A DNA stretch of 64,000 nt, from sequence record LR756504.1, one strand, 5' to 3'. The translations under genes and the position numbers were made by a program. The notes under the pieces were generated by a model. That model made no database searches and had not been told where the DNA came from. It was given only the letters and a program-made list of their open reading frames with translations. The number at the start of each line of letters is the position of its first letter. Position 1 is the first letter of the stretch. This document shows, piece by piece, positions 37,597-48,020 of the stretch.

Positions 37597-39210
37597 ATGA
37601 AACGTATATTCAATTTCACACAATTTATAAAGGAAGCATTAAAGGATGAGATTCCAAAACATCAACAAGACATATTAAAGAATAACATTTTACAGTATGA
37701 TCCAGACGATGATGACTATTCAGTTTATAATATAGATGCATATGATATATTAGATACTGATGTTCCAAAGAAAACAGATAATATCACCGATGGCTTATGG
37801 AAACTTTCAGAGGAAGATAAAGATAAGGCAATTCAACTAATGTTTAACATAAACATATCATCTGTAGAAAACTCTTTAAAAGAATTTAAACCATCTGAAA
37901 GATTTTTAGATATAGTTAAGCAATCCTATATACACGATAATGAAATTAATATAATTAAACCTACCATTAAAGATATAAAAATGTTATATGGTAATAATTT
38001 TAGGATGCTGAGTATAAGTGAAACCAAAGGTGATAGAAAAGTAATACGTGATAAAAGTGGTATACCTCTAAGAAAAGATGGTGAGTTATCATATGAAGAT
38101 AAATTACCAGGTGAACCAGTATTTACAGATAATAAATCTAACATTAATAGCTTATTTATGGGTTATCACAATTGTTATGGTGGTGATATTTCAAATCCAT
38201 ATATTTTAGAAGCTTTCAAAAATATCTATTCAAGGATTAATGATATTACTAGAAATAATTTCGATATTGATATTTTAGGTAAATTTGATTTAGAATTATA
38301 CATTTCATCAAAAGCAGAAGATATGTTAAATATGTCTTTATCAGCATTTTACGATTCTTGTCAAAATATGTATAATGGTGGATATAGACATCAATTACCT
38401 TCAAATGTGTTTGATAAAAATTGTAAAATTTGTTTTTTAAGATTTAATACACCATTTATAGATATAGGGAATAATATAATACCATTCACACCATTTTCAA
38501 GATGTCTTATAAGAAATATTAAAGGAAAATTATATTTTGAATCAGCTTATCCTAAAATGTATGATATGAATGAGTTTCATCATGGAATGATAGAAAAATA
38601 TACTTCTATGAAAAATACTTATAAAGGTGATAGATATTTTTACAAAAATACAAAAGGATTAGCTACACCTTATATGGACACATTAGGTATAGAAGAAATA
38701 AAATCAGCATTCAATGATACTAAAGCAATTTTATTATCAAAAGAGCTTAATTTAGATATAGAATATATTGTTAAAGATAAGTCATGTGAATATACCTATG
38801 TTGATGAAGAGTCTAAAACATTCTATATTTTTGATATTACAAAAGATGAAACTGTAATTATTGATAAAATGTTTTCTTCGTTGAAGAATAATTTCACTGA
38901 AATTTATCCTGTAGATGATTGGGCACATTATATTGATATGGATAGATTTAGAGGTGAATTTTCTACAACTGTTAATGAAACAGCTAAAAAGTATAATATG
39001 GATAGAAAAGATGTTGAAGCAGAAGACGTTTATAAATATCTCAGGTCAATATTGGGTAGAAGTAATCTTATAGGTTATTTTTATGATTTTATTGATAGAA
39101 AATTTTATGATAAAATACTTTTAGATTGGAAAAATCAAATAGTCAGGGTTTTGGGTGGGAAAAACAAAGAAATTCGAGTAGGTGATTACTTAATTATTCA
39201 GAAATCTTAA
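37597..39210 (+). CDS. Paralog 1 of tandem trio (MLNMS...DSCQN domain), capsid-targeting-like start
   Basis: MKRIFNFTQFIKE|ALKD; SSKAEDMLNMS..FYDSCQN..SRCLIRNIKG. Confidence 0.8.
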   Translation: MKRIFNFTQFIKEALKDEIPKHQQDILKNNILQYDPDDDDYSVYNIDAYDILDTDVPKKTDNITDGLWKLSEEDKDKAIQLMFNINISSVENSLKEFKPSERFLDIVKQSYIHDNEINIIKPTIKDIKMLYGNNFRMLSISETKGDRKVIRDKSGIPLRKDGELSYEDKLPGEPVFTDNKSNINSLFMGYHNCYGGDISNPYILEAFKNIYSRINDITRNNFDIDILGKFDLELYISSKAEDMLNMSLSAFYDSCQNMYNGGYRHQLPSNVFDKNCKICFLRFNTPFIDIGNNIIPFTPFSRCLIRNIKGKLYFESAYPKMYDMNEFHHGMIEKYTSMKNTYKGDRYFYKNTKGLATPYMDTLGIEEIKSAFNDTKAILLSKELNLDIEYIVKDKSCEYTYVDEESKTFYIFDITKDETVIIDKMFSSLKNNFTEIYPVDDWAHYIDMDRFRGEFSTTVNETAKKYNMDRKDVEAEDVYKYLRSILGRSNLIGYFYDFIDRKFYDKILLDWKNQIVRVLGGKNKEIRVGDYLIIQKS

Positions 39211-39228
39211 ACTTTTTTTAAAAAAATG

Positions 39229-39258
39229 TTGGTTTTTAAAACTTTTATGGTATATTTG
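39229..39258 (+). promoter_or_regulatory. Bacteroidota housekeeping-sigma promoter for paralog 2
   Basis: TTG 39229-39231, 19-nt spacer, TATATTTG 39251-39258. Confidence 0.65.
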
Positions 39259-39287
39259 TATAAATGTATTTGAAAAAGCAATAACAT

Positions 39288-40922
39288 ATGTCGTTAAAAG
39301 ACCTCTTACCAAAACATCAATTAGAATTGATGGATAAAAAAATAGGTAAAAAATACCTAAATCTTGAATTACCCACAAAGGCTGAAAACATTATTGAGGG
39401 TGAATGGACATTAACTAAAGAGGAAAAGGATGGTGTTATCCAACTTCTTTTTGGTGTTGACGTTAAGGGTATTGATAAAGTATTGGCTAAATTTAAACCA
39501 ACTGAGCATTTTTTAGAAATTTTTGAGCTTTCAAGAACTACTAAAGACGCAATTAATCTTTTAAAACCATCAATTATTGATATTAAAATGCTTAATTCTA
39601 ACAGTTTTAAGCTTATTAATGTTGGTGAAACAAAAGGTGATAAAATGATTCTTAGAAATGATAACGGTCATCCTATTACGGAAGGATTATTGAAAATGCC
39701 TAAAAAAGTAGATAAAAAGAAAGGTGAAATTGTATTTTCAAACAATAAATCTAACTTCAATGCTTTCTTAGAGTCTTATAATTCTGCATGTGACGCTAAA
39801 ATAGAAAATCCTTTCATGAGTAGAGAGTTTACAGAAGTTCTTTCTTATGTAAAACAGGGTAATTTCGACTTTGAGCTATTTACCAAATTCGACTTACAGC
39901 TTTACATATCATCTAAGCCAGAAGATATGTTGAATATGTCAATTTCCAAATTTTATGATTCATGTCAAAATCTTTATAGTGGTGCTCAAAATAATTGTCT
40001 TGCGCCAAATTTGTTCGATAAGAACTGTAAAATTGCTTATTTAAAATTTAATACACCATATACCGATAGAAATGGAAATGTTATGCCCTTTACATCTTTT
40101 ACAAGATGCATAGTTAGAAACATTAAAGGTAGAATTTATTTTGATATGGTATACCCTAAATTTTCAAATGATTTGAGATTATTTGTACACTCAATCATTG
40201 AAAAATATACAGGAATGAAGAATTCTTTTGCTGATAAAGAATCAAAGACTTATTATTATACCGAAGTTGGATTAGGTCGTCCTTATTTTGATAGTGTAAT
40301 CGGTGTTCCTATTAAATTCAATCCTGATGCTTACAAAGACATAAAACTTCAAGCATTAGCTAAATTCTTAAAAACTGAAGCTGATTATATACTCGAAGCT
40401 GATAAGAATGTTTATGGAACTGACCAAGGAGACTTTCTTGTGTTATCTATCGAAGAAGCTTTAAATGCAACTAAACATTATATTACAGAAGAAATGATTT
40501 ATAAGCAAGATATTTACAAAAAATATGTTGATATCGAAAAATTCTTCGAAGAAAATAAAAGTAAATGTTTGGTTAACTATAGTGGATCATGTGACTTTGA
40601 TGAAATTACTAAATGGGCAGAAGAACCACCAACACCTAAAAAAGAAAAAAAGAAAAAAAGAGATTTAAATGAAGATGATGATGAAAGGCGTGGTTCAGAT
40701 TTAGGATTTGATCCTAAAAAATTTGGTGGAAATAATAAACATAATATCACCAAACACAATCTTTATCGTTTTATGAAACCGTATTTGGATTCAAAATTCT
40801 GGGAAGAAAGATTAACCGATGAAAGTATTTCAAGTAAAAGAAATAAACTTTCAGTTGATGAAAATGAAATTAACATGGGTGACTATTTCGCATACAAACA
40901 AGAAATAAAGAAGAGAAATTAA
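39288..40922 (+). CDS. Paralog 2 of tandem trio, lacks the N-terminal propeptide
   Basis: Starts MSLKDLLPKH, aligned with the post-Glu residue of paralogs 1 and 3; same conserved core. Confidence 0.8.
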   Translation: MSLKDLLPKHQLELMDKKIGKKYLNLELPTKAENIIEGEWTLTKEEKDGVIQLLFGVDVKGIDKVLAKFKPTEHFLEIFELSRTTKDAINLLKPSIIDIKMLNSNSFKLINVGETKGDKMILRNDNGHPITEGLLKMPKKVDKKKGEIVFSNNKSNFNAFLESYNSACDAKIENPFMSREFTEVLSYVKQGNFDFELFTKFDLQLYISSKPEDMLNMSISKFYDSCQNLYSGAQNNCLAPNLFDKNCKIAYLKFNTPYTDRNGNVMPFTSFTRCIVRNIKGRIYFDMVYPKFSNDLRLFVHSIIEKYTGMKNSFADKESKTYYYTEVGLGRPYFDSVIGVPIKFNPDAYKDIKLQALAKFLKTEADYILEADKNVYGTDQGDFLVLSIEEALNATKHYITEEMIYKQDIYKKYVDIEKFFEENKSKCLVNYSGSCDFDEITKWAEEPPTPKKEKKKKRDLNEDDDERRGSDLGFDPKKFGGNNKHNITKHNLYRFMKPYLDSKFWEERLTDESISSKRNKLSVDENEINMGDYFAYKQEIKKRN

Positions 40923-40971
40923 TTTATATTTATTCAATATATTATTTATATATCATAAAAACTTATTTTCA

Positions 40972-42699
40972 ATGAAGAATAGTAAAAATATTAAATCTCT
41001 TGAAGAATTTCAAGTAAAAGAAGCACTAAAAGATCAAATTCCTGATCACCATAAAAAGATTTTAACCAAGAGGATTGGTAAAAAATATCTTGATATGGAA
41101 GTTCCTGATAAAGCCGAAAACTTAACCGAGGGTGAATGGATATTGACCAAAGAAGAGAAAGATGAAGCAATACAATCGATGTTTATGGTGAACGTTAAAA
41201 AAATTGAATTGCTTCTCGAAGGATGGAAACCATCAACTAAATTTATCAACACTATAAAAGAAGCTAAAACCATAGATGGTGTTATTGATATCGAAAAACC
41301 ATCTTTGCTTGATTTAAAATTAATGACTTCTAATATTTATAAATTAATTAGCATTGGAGAAACAAGAGGTAATAGAATAATGATAAAAGGAGATAATGGA
41401 AAACCATTATTAGGTGAAGACAATCTACCAACATATAGAAATAAAGAACCTGGTGAAATTATTCTATCAAATAACATATCCAACTTCAATGGTTTTTATG
41501 AAAGTTATATGTTAGCTTTCCCTGGAGAGAATGATATGAAAAACCCATTTATTAATCCAGCCTTTACTAATATTCTTTCAATGGCTGTTGATAGAAATTT
41601 TGACATTGATTTATTTTCTAAATACGACTTACAGCTTTACATATCTTCTAAGTCAGAAGATATGTTAAATATGTCCATATCAAAATTTTATGATTCGTGT
41701 CAAAATCTTTATAGTGGATCACATAATAAGCATTTACCAGCAAATTTATTTGATTCAAACGTTAAAATTGCTTATCTAAAATTCAATACACCGTTCACAG
41801 ATAAAAAGAAAAACATTGTACCTTTTACTATATTTTCAAGATGTTTAATTAGAAATGTTAAAGGTCAAATATTCTTTGATATGGTATATCCTGGTGTTTT
41901 AAAACAATTCTTCCATAAAATTGTTACGAAATATACGGGAATGAAGAATGAATATAAAGGTGGAAATTATTTCTTTACTAATATTGGTTTGGGCGCACCG
42001 TATATGGATACTTTAGCTGCGAGAAGTATTAAAACTAATCCAAATGCTACTAAAGATAGTAGATTAATGGCACTCGCTACTTATCTAAACCATACACCAG
42101 AAGATATTTTCGAAATTGAAAAAAACATATATGTCACTGATAAAGGAACATTCAAAGTAATGACTGAGGAAGAAGCTAACAAAGCTACTTATAGTTATTT
42201 AACCGATGAAATGGTTTATAGACAAGATATTTATAAAAATTATGTAAATGTTCAAGCATTTTATGATGCTAATATAGAAACATCAGAATTAAAACCTGAC
42301 ACAAAAACAAGAAATAGAAAGTCTACAGAAAAACTTTTGAAATGGTATAACGGGTCTGTTAATTTTGATGAAATTGCTAAATGGGCAGATGAACAGCCAT
42401 TCAAAAAAGTTAAGAAGAAAGATGGTACTGTGGAAAGAGTTCCTGTACCTGATAAGAAAAATAGAATTACTAAACACAATCTCTATCGTGCAATGAAACC
42501 ATTTATTGATCCTATATTCTTTGCTGAAAGAACTACACCTGAACAAATTGCAAATAAACGTAATAAACTTGCTGTTGACGATATTCAAATACCTTTAACA
42601 GATAATTTATTCGCATATAGAATACAAGATAGGCAATTACCTGGTGATGAATATGACTATGATTATGATGACGAAGACGGTAATGAAGACGATGGCTGA
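40972..42699 (+). CDS. Paralog 3 of tandem trio, capsid-targeting-like start
   Basis: MKNSKNIKSLEEFQVKE|ALKD; same core; acidic tail. Confidence 0.8.
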   Translation: MKNSKNIKSLEEFQVKEALKDQIPDHHKKILTKRIGKKYLDMEVPDKAENLTEGEWILTKEEKDEAIQSMFMVNVKKIELLLEGWKPSTKFINTIKEAKTIDGVIDIEKPSLLDLKLMTSNIYKLISIGETRGNRIMIKGDNGKPLLGEDNLPTYRNKEPGEIILSNNISNFNGFYESYMLAFPGENDMKNPFINPAFTNILSMAVDRNFDIDLFSKYDLQLYISSKSEDMLNMSISKFYDSCQNLYSGSHNKHLPANLFDSNVKIAYLKFNTPFTDKKKNIVPFTIFSRCLIRNVKGQIFFDMVYPGVLKQFFHKIVTKYTGMKNEYKGGNYFFTNIGLGAPYMDTLAARSIKTNPNATKDSRLMALATYLNHTPEDIFEIEKNIYVTDKGTFKVMTEEEANKATYSYLTDEMVYRQDIYKNYVNVQAFYDANIETSELKPDTKTRNRKSTEKLLKWYNGSVNFDEIAKWADEQPFKKVKKKDGTVERVPVPDKKNRITKHNLYRAMKPFIDPIFFAERTTPEQIANKRNKLAVDDIQIPLTDNLFAYRIQDRQLPGDEYDYDYDDEDGNEDDG

Positions 42700-42711
42700 A
42701 TGTAAATATTT

Positions 42712-42740
42712 AAAGACTTGTAAATTTACAAGTCTTTTTT
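42712..42740 (+). terminator. Intrinsic terminator
   Basis: AAAGACTTGTAAA/TTTACAAGTCTTT-TTT. Confidence 0.7.
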
Positions 42741-42800
42741 ATGTTTTTAATCAAACTGATTTCTTTTTCTGTGTATAATACTAAAATATTATATTACACG

Positions 42801-43406
42801 ATGTGCTTATTACAAGATATAGGTATAGTAACTGGAAAATCTAAATCTACAAAAGTAGCAGTGATATTTGAAAGTTTAGAAGGAGATTTCAGAAATTTAG
42901 AATACAATACTCCATCCGAATACATTAAAAAATATTGGGATAGCTATACAACTAAAATTAAAAATAAAAATAATAGCCAAAATGGTAAAATTTTTGAATA
43001 CATTTTAGCAACACTTTTATATAGAGAAAACATAATTCCATTTTACATGGGTGCTAAAGTATCTTTTGTTGCAGACATAAATTTTGATATTATGATGTAC
43101 AGCAAAGAAGTTGGTCCTTTATGTATAAGTGCAAAAACAACTTTGAGAGAACGATATAAACAATCTGATTTTGAATCATTGATGTTAAAAGACGTACATA
43201 AAGGTTCTAAATCATATTTGATTACACTTGATGAAAGTTTTGAAAAATATAAATCAAAGCTTGAAAAGGGACACATCAGAACTCTAAACGGCATAATACA
43301 TGCACAATCTACCGAATTTGATACATTTATTGAAAAATTAAAAAAGTATACTATTACAGCATCACCATCAGTAAAAATAATAGATTCAAAACTATTTATA
43401 AAATAA
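42801..43406 (+). CDS. Type II restriction-endonuclease-like protein (EcoRII-C/Cfr10I-like), orphan
   Basis: NGKIFE, NFDI, ISAKTTLRERYKQ motif; no methyltransferase in the window. Confidence 0.7.
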   Translation: MCLLQDIGIVTGKSKSTKVAVIFESLEGDFRNLEYNTPSEYIKKYWDSYTTKIKNKNNSQNGKIFEYILATLLYRENIIPFYMGAKVSFVADINFDIMMYSKEVGPLCISAKTTLRERYKQSDFESLMLKDVHKGSKSYLITLDESFEKYKSKLEKGHIRTLNGIIHAQSTEFDTFIEKLKKYTITASPSVKIIDSKLFIK

Positions 43407-43425
43407 TTAAAGATATAATAATTTA

Positions 43426-43632
43426 ATGCGAGAGGTTTATATTGATATAATGATGGCTTCTTACCCTGTTACATTTCTACTTTGTAAATGGGCAAGACAT
43501 ATTGACACCAAGAAAAGAATTAATCTTTCGTTTTCGTATAAAATGTTTTTTCTATTTCCTTTTTGGAATATGGTATTAGCATTCATTTACTTATTGGTAA
43601 TTAAATTCATTTACTTAAATGATAAAAAATAA
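43426..43632 (+). CDS. Small membrane protein
   Basis: Two hydrophobic segments. Confidence 0.6.
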   Translation: MREVYIDIMMASYPVTFLLCKWARHIDTKKRINLSFSYKMFFLFPFWNMVLAFIYLLVIKFIYLNDKK

Positions 43633-44043
43633 TTATTTTAGATTGTTCAATATTGATAACGAATTATATATGTCCACTACTCTAGTCTTTAGAACACCAA
43701 TAACATTTTGTGAATAATATTTAGCATCCTTTTTTCTAAGCATTGCTGTTATGTATATAATATCACCGCGCGAAACTTCTGTATTTCCCAAATCAGCATT
43801 AACAATAACAGCTTCTTTTATTTGCGGCTCTTCTTTTGTAAAATCAATTATGCTCACAATTTCCCAATCATTATCTTTTAACTTGATAGGTTTTTGTTGT
43901 TTTTCAATTTCATCTTGAATGGGCTCTAAATCATTAGTAAGAGGTTCCAAAGTATTTCCTTTTTTTGGCATTTCGAAAGGCTTTTCTACCTCTTTCTCTT
44001 TTCTTCTACTTGCATCAGCAACAAACTTTTTAAATGATTTCAT
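43633..44043 (-). CDS. Hypothetical protein, short capsid-targeting-like start
   Basis: MKSFKKFVAD. Confidence 0.7.
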   Translation of the reverse strand: MKSFKKFVADASRRKEKEVEKPFEMPKKGNTLEPLTNDLEPIQDEIEKQQKPIKLKDNDWEIVSIIDFTKEEPQIKEAVIVNADLGNTEVSRGDIIYITAMLRKKDAKYYSQNVIGVLKTRVVDIYNSLSILNNLK

Positions 44044-44059
44044 TTTTAATATTTATTTT

Positions 44060-44470
44060 TTAACATAATTCTACACCAATTCCACGTTTAAAATTTAAAA
44101 TAAATGTATTGTATTTTATATTGTTTACAATAGTTTCTATAAAAGATAAACTCTTAAAATCATTATCTATTTTTAAAATTACTTCTTCATCAACTTTATC
44201 ATATCGGGGATAAATATGAGAATATAATTCATATTCACTAAATTGTTCATCACCCCAATCTTTATTATTTTCAACCATTATACCTTCAATTAATATACCG
44301 TTAACTTCAAAATATCTTCTTAATTCATTATAGTTTACTTTAATATATGTATCATAACCACCATACCCATTAATAATTTCAAATACTGAATCGAGCGTAT
44401 CATCTTCCTCCTCTTCATCTTCATCATCCCATTCTTCTGAGAAATTTTCGTATAATTTTAAGTACTTCAT
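44060..44470 (-). CDS. Hypothetical protein with capsid-targeting-like and acidic N-terminus
   Basis: MKYLKLYENFSEEWDDEDEE; AATATATA upstream. Confidence 0.75.
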   Translation of the reverse strand: MKYLKLYENFSEEWDDEDEEEEDDTLDSVFEIINGYGGYDTYIKVNYNELRRYFEVNGILIEGIMVENNKDWGDEQFSEYELYSHIYPRYDKVDEEVILKIDNDFKSLSFIETIVNNIKYNTFILNFKRGIGVELC

Positions 44471-44535
44471 GAACTATATATTATTCTTGGACAGTTAAAA
44501 TTTAATATATAATAAAAATTAACCAAATCAATTTA

Positions 44536-45792
44536 ATGGGTTATTTATATTCGGATTCAGCTAGAAGAGCAAATTTAGCAAGATTGAGAAATTGGGATAA
44601 AATTGTAGAAGTTCAAACCGCGCACACAACTCTACATTTAGAAAGAAAGGTTAATGATATAAAATATTATGAAAATAATAATAAAAAAGTAGTAGAATTT
44701 GTATTACGACATGATTATTATCCAGAAATTAAACTTAATGAAGATAATACATATGTTCCGAGATTTAATATTAAAAAATATACAAATCCATTATTTACTA
44801 AATTTCCACCAAATAAAGAGCTTAAATATAGCAAAGAATTAATGTCTATAGCTATTAATTATGGTATGATTCTACAGATTCAATATAGAGGTGATAAAGA
44901 TGATTTCGTTCAAGGAAGACAGAGAGTTATTTATCCAATGGTTGTTGGTACAAGCAGTAAAGGTAAACCACTTTTAAGAGCATATCACTTGAAAGGATGG
45001 TCATTGTCACAAAATGGTAAAGTTGATAAGACATGGAGAATGTTTAGAACAGACAGAATACTTTCAATGTCTTTTACAGGACATTTCTTTAGACTACCTC
45101 CTGCGGGATATAATATGAACGATAAGGGTATGAGAGGCGGTATTATTGCTGCCGCTGACTTCAATAAAATTAGAAATAATCAAAAGACATTAATTCAAAA
45201 AAACATTATTCAAAATAAAGAACAAATAAGTCTCAATGATTCTATAGAAGTTGATAAAACAGATACTAAGCTAAATTTAGGAGAACCTTTCGTAAATCCA
45301 AATATTAATGAAGATGATAAAAAACTCATTAGAATGACTTTCTTAAAGTCTATTACATCAAATCATTATATAGCTATTTTGGGGGCTTTGGGTGAGAAGA
45401 ACAAAATTGTCAGAGTATATTCACGTGATAAGTATTTGGGTCAATATAAAGTCTTAAAATGGATTATGGGTGATGCTTTGGGTAAGCCTCATATGAGAAA
45501 TATTGATGGTCAAACTGAATTTGATTTATTGGTATTCATTAAAAGATTAGCATTCGCACCTAACCGCCCATCCGAACAAATAAAAGTAGAGCCTAAAAAA
45601 GAAGAACCCAAAGAAGAAGTTGCTGTAGCAGCTGAAGAACTTCCTTCTAAAATAAAAGCTGAACCAAGTCAAGAAGTTAAACCCAATAAACCAACCAAAT
45701 TTGAAGAAATGACTAATAAGATAAATCAAATGGGAAAACACTATAAAGAAAGAACTGAAAAATCAGATAATTCTAAAGAAGGAACTACTTAA
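44536..45792 (+). CDS. WYL-domain-like protein
   Basis: IQYRG...RVIYPMVVG...LLRAYH...WRMFRTDRILS. Confidence 0.6.
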   Translation: MGYLYSDSARRANLARLRNWDKIVEVQTAHTTLHLERKVNDIKYYENNNKKVVEFVLRHDYYPEIKLNEDNTYVPRFNIKKYTNPLFTKFPPNKELKYSKELMSIAINYGMILQIQYRGDKDDFVQGRQRVIYPMVVGTSSKGKPLLRAYHLKGWSLSQNGKVDKTWRMFRTDRILSMSFTGHFFRLPPAGYNMNDKGMRGGIIAAADFNKIRNNQKTLIQKNIIQNKEQISLNDSIEVDKTDTKLNLGEPFVNPNINEDDKKLIRMTFLKSITSNHYIAILGALGEKNKIVRVYSRDKYLGQYKVLKWIMGDALGKPHMRNIDGQTEFDLLVFIKRLAFAPNRPSEQIKVEPKKEEPKEEVAVAAEELPSKIKAEPSQEVKPNKPTKFEEMTNKINQMGKHYKERTEKSDNSKEGTT

Positions 45793-45794
45793 TT

Positions 45795-46082
45795 TTATAA
45801 ACTATACCAATAGTGCATAGAACCCATCGGACAATTAAATGAATTTGGATAATTTTTTGTCTTTACTAAAATACCACACTTTCTACATTGATAATTTCTA
45901 TCACCAACTTCACCTAAATTACACCAATTGTGTGTAGAACCACTCGGACAATTAAATGCAGAAGGAAATGCATTAGATTGAATCAAAGTTCTACATTTAG
46001 AACATTCATAATATGATAATGTTAGTGTTGTAGCTAAGGTTAATATTGGTAATAAAGCCAATATAATAAGAAATTTTTTCAT
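45795..46082 (-). CDS. Small secreted protein with two CxxC...C...H repeats
   Basis: Signal peptide; YECSKC..P..FNCPSG..HNW and YQCRKC..P..FNCPMG..HYW. Confidence 0.75.
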   Translation of the reverse strand: MKKFLIILALLPILTLATTLTLSYYECSKCRTLIQSNAFPSAFNCPSGSTHNWCNLGEVGDRNYQCRKCGILVKTKNYPNSFNCPMGSMHYWYSL

Positions 46083-46091
46083 AAATATTTA

Positions 46092-46622
46092 TTAATTTCG
46101 TCTTTTAAATAATCTAAATCTTCTCTTCTTAACTACTTTTTCTTCTATTTTATCAGTTATATTTGAATCAATTTTTTTAATGGGTTCTACTGGTATAATA
46201 TCATCTTTTATATCAGTATTCTGAATAGTTTCTTCCGAAATATTAGGGACAGTTTGTATATAATCATTATTAATTACATTTTTAGAAACTTTTGATGTAT
46301 CAACCTTTACCTTTGCTACAATTTTTTCTTTTTTAATTTTAAGTGTATCTTTTAATGGTTTAGATTCAACTACAGGGATTAAAATAGTAGATTCTGGAAT
46401 ATGACTTACCGAAACAATGGTGGTATCACCAAAGTCATCAATAATAGTAATAGTGTATGCATTATCAATATTTTTATGAAATGGTTTTTTAAAAATTTGA
46501 GAAAATTGTTCTCTACATAAAAACCCTATAACACATATTACCACTATAAATAATAGTGATTTTTTCCAAATAGGTTTTTCATATCTAATTGGACTCTCAT
46601 ATCTTTTATATCTATTATCCAT
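46092..46622 (-). CDS. Membrane-anchored hypothetical protein
   Basis: N-terminal TM; low-complexity C-terminus ending KKRRFRLFKRRN. Confidence 0.7.
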   Translation of the reverse strand: MDNRYKRYESPIRYEKPIWKKSLLFIVVICVIGFLCREQFSQIFKKPFHKNIDNAYTITIIDDFGDTTIVSVSHIPESTILIPVVESKPLKDTLKIKKEKIVAKVKVDTSKVSKNVINNDYIQTVPNISEETIQNTDIKDDIIPVEPIKKIDSNITDKIEEKVVKKRRFRLFKRRN

Positions 46623-46623
46623 A

Positions 46624-47943
46624 TTATTTAATTTTAGTTATATTATCTGCTTCTGTTTTATCATTTCTAATTTCTTCTAATCTCGGTAAGAATAATGAAT
46701 GATTTCCATGTTTATCAACTATTCTAACATTGTATATAATTTTTACAATTTTACCAATATAATATTCAGGATTTTCACTAATTTCATTAATGAATTCATC
46801 AGAAAAACCAGATCCAACATCAACTTTTAATTCACCACAAGAAGATTCACAACAAAATCCTCCGACTTTACCCTTTCTTTTTCCTTTACCTTCGTACCAA
46901 CCTGTAATTTTTAAATCGCAGTCTTGAATTTCTTTTATTTTATTCCAATTTTTAGAACGCTTTAATTCATAAATGTGTTCAGGTTTTTTAACAATTACAC
47001 CCTCGCCGCCAATTTTTATTAAATCTCTATAAATATCCATTATTTCATCGGGTGTTGTAGCTTTCCAACGTGTAGAAAGTCTAAGAACATCTTTGTTATC
47101 AACATGATATTCATTAAGAACATCATTCAACATATCTCTCCTTCTTTCATAAGGAGTTTTAGTCAATTTATCAAAAATACTAACATCTTCAAAATCAAAA
47201 AGATGAAATAAAAAATCATCGTCTATATTTACAGGAGCAGTACCTTTAAGAATTCTATTAACTTTACCGCTTACACTTTTTCTGTCCAAATCTGTCAACT
47301 CACCATCAACAAACACATTATTATATTTTTCAAGTAATTTTTCAACAGCACTTTCCACTTTAGACATCCCTATAAGCTGATTGAAATTTCTTGTCAAAAA
47401 TGTAATGATACCATTCTTTTTAATTGCTATTACACGAACACCATCATATTTCTCTTCTACCCACACATGTCCATAAGTATCAAGCCATCTATTTATTTCT
47501 TCTTCGTTAGATTCTGCTAACATCACATCGACATCAGGTATAAGCGTTTTACCAACTGCTTTATTAACAGATTTAGCACCAATACCTATATTGAGCGATT
47601 TAGATACTATTTTACCAAGCATTTCTCTTTCTCCATAAGAAAGTCCCGCACCATTTAATACTAAATGTAATTCAGTACGTAAATCATTATTAGCAGCTTT
47701 GGAGTTAATTAGTTTTGTCAATACTAATTTTGTAGAATCTATAGTAGTTGATATATCTGTTATAGATTCACGTTGAACATCAATTTTGTTAATATTTGTT
47801 TTAATAAAAGGATCTAAAGCTATTTGTAAAAAATATTCCAATATATTACTATAATTCTCTCTTATAAGTTGCTGTTTTATAGCTTGTGAGCCTGTTCCAG
47901 TGGTTTTTTCAACTTCAATAAGTACAGAAAGTTCTTTCTTCAT
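46624..47943 (-). CDS. lig: ATP-dependent DNA ligase (T4 gp30-like)
   Basis: EEKYDGVR, VDGEL, LFDF, EGVIVK, KIKE..DCDL, SLFLPR; host promoter TATATTTG at 47964-47971 on minus strand. Confidence 0.95.
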   Translation of the reverse strand: MKKELSVLIEVEKTTGTGSQAIKQQLIRENYSNILEYFLQIALDPFIKTNINKIDVQRESITDISTTIDSTKLVLTKLINSKAANNDLRTELHLVLNGAGLSYGEREMLGKIVSKSLNIGIGAKSVNKAVGKTLIPDVDVMLAESNEEEINRWLDTYGHVWVEEKYDGVRVIAIKKNGIITFLTRNFNQLIGMSKVESAVEKLLEKYNNVFVDGELTDLDRKSVSGKVNRILKGTAPVNIDDDFLFHLFDFEDVSIFDKLTKTPYERRRDMLNDVLNEYHVDNKDVLRLSTRWKATTPDEIMDIYRDLIKIGGEGVIVKKPEHIYELKRSKNWNKIKEIQDCDLKITGWYEGKGKRKGKVGGFCCESSCGELKVDVGSGFSDEFINEISENPEYYIGKIVKIIYNVRIVDKHGNHSLFLPRLEEIRNDKTEADNITKIK

Positions 47944-48020
47944 AGAAATAATTAATATTTTAACAAATATACATAAAAAAATTGTATTTGTCAAGTTTTA
48001 TTAAAAATCTATGATAAACT

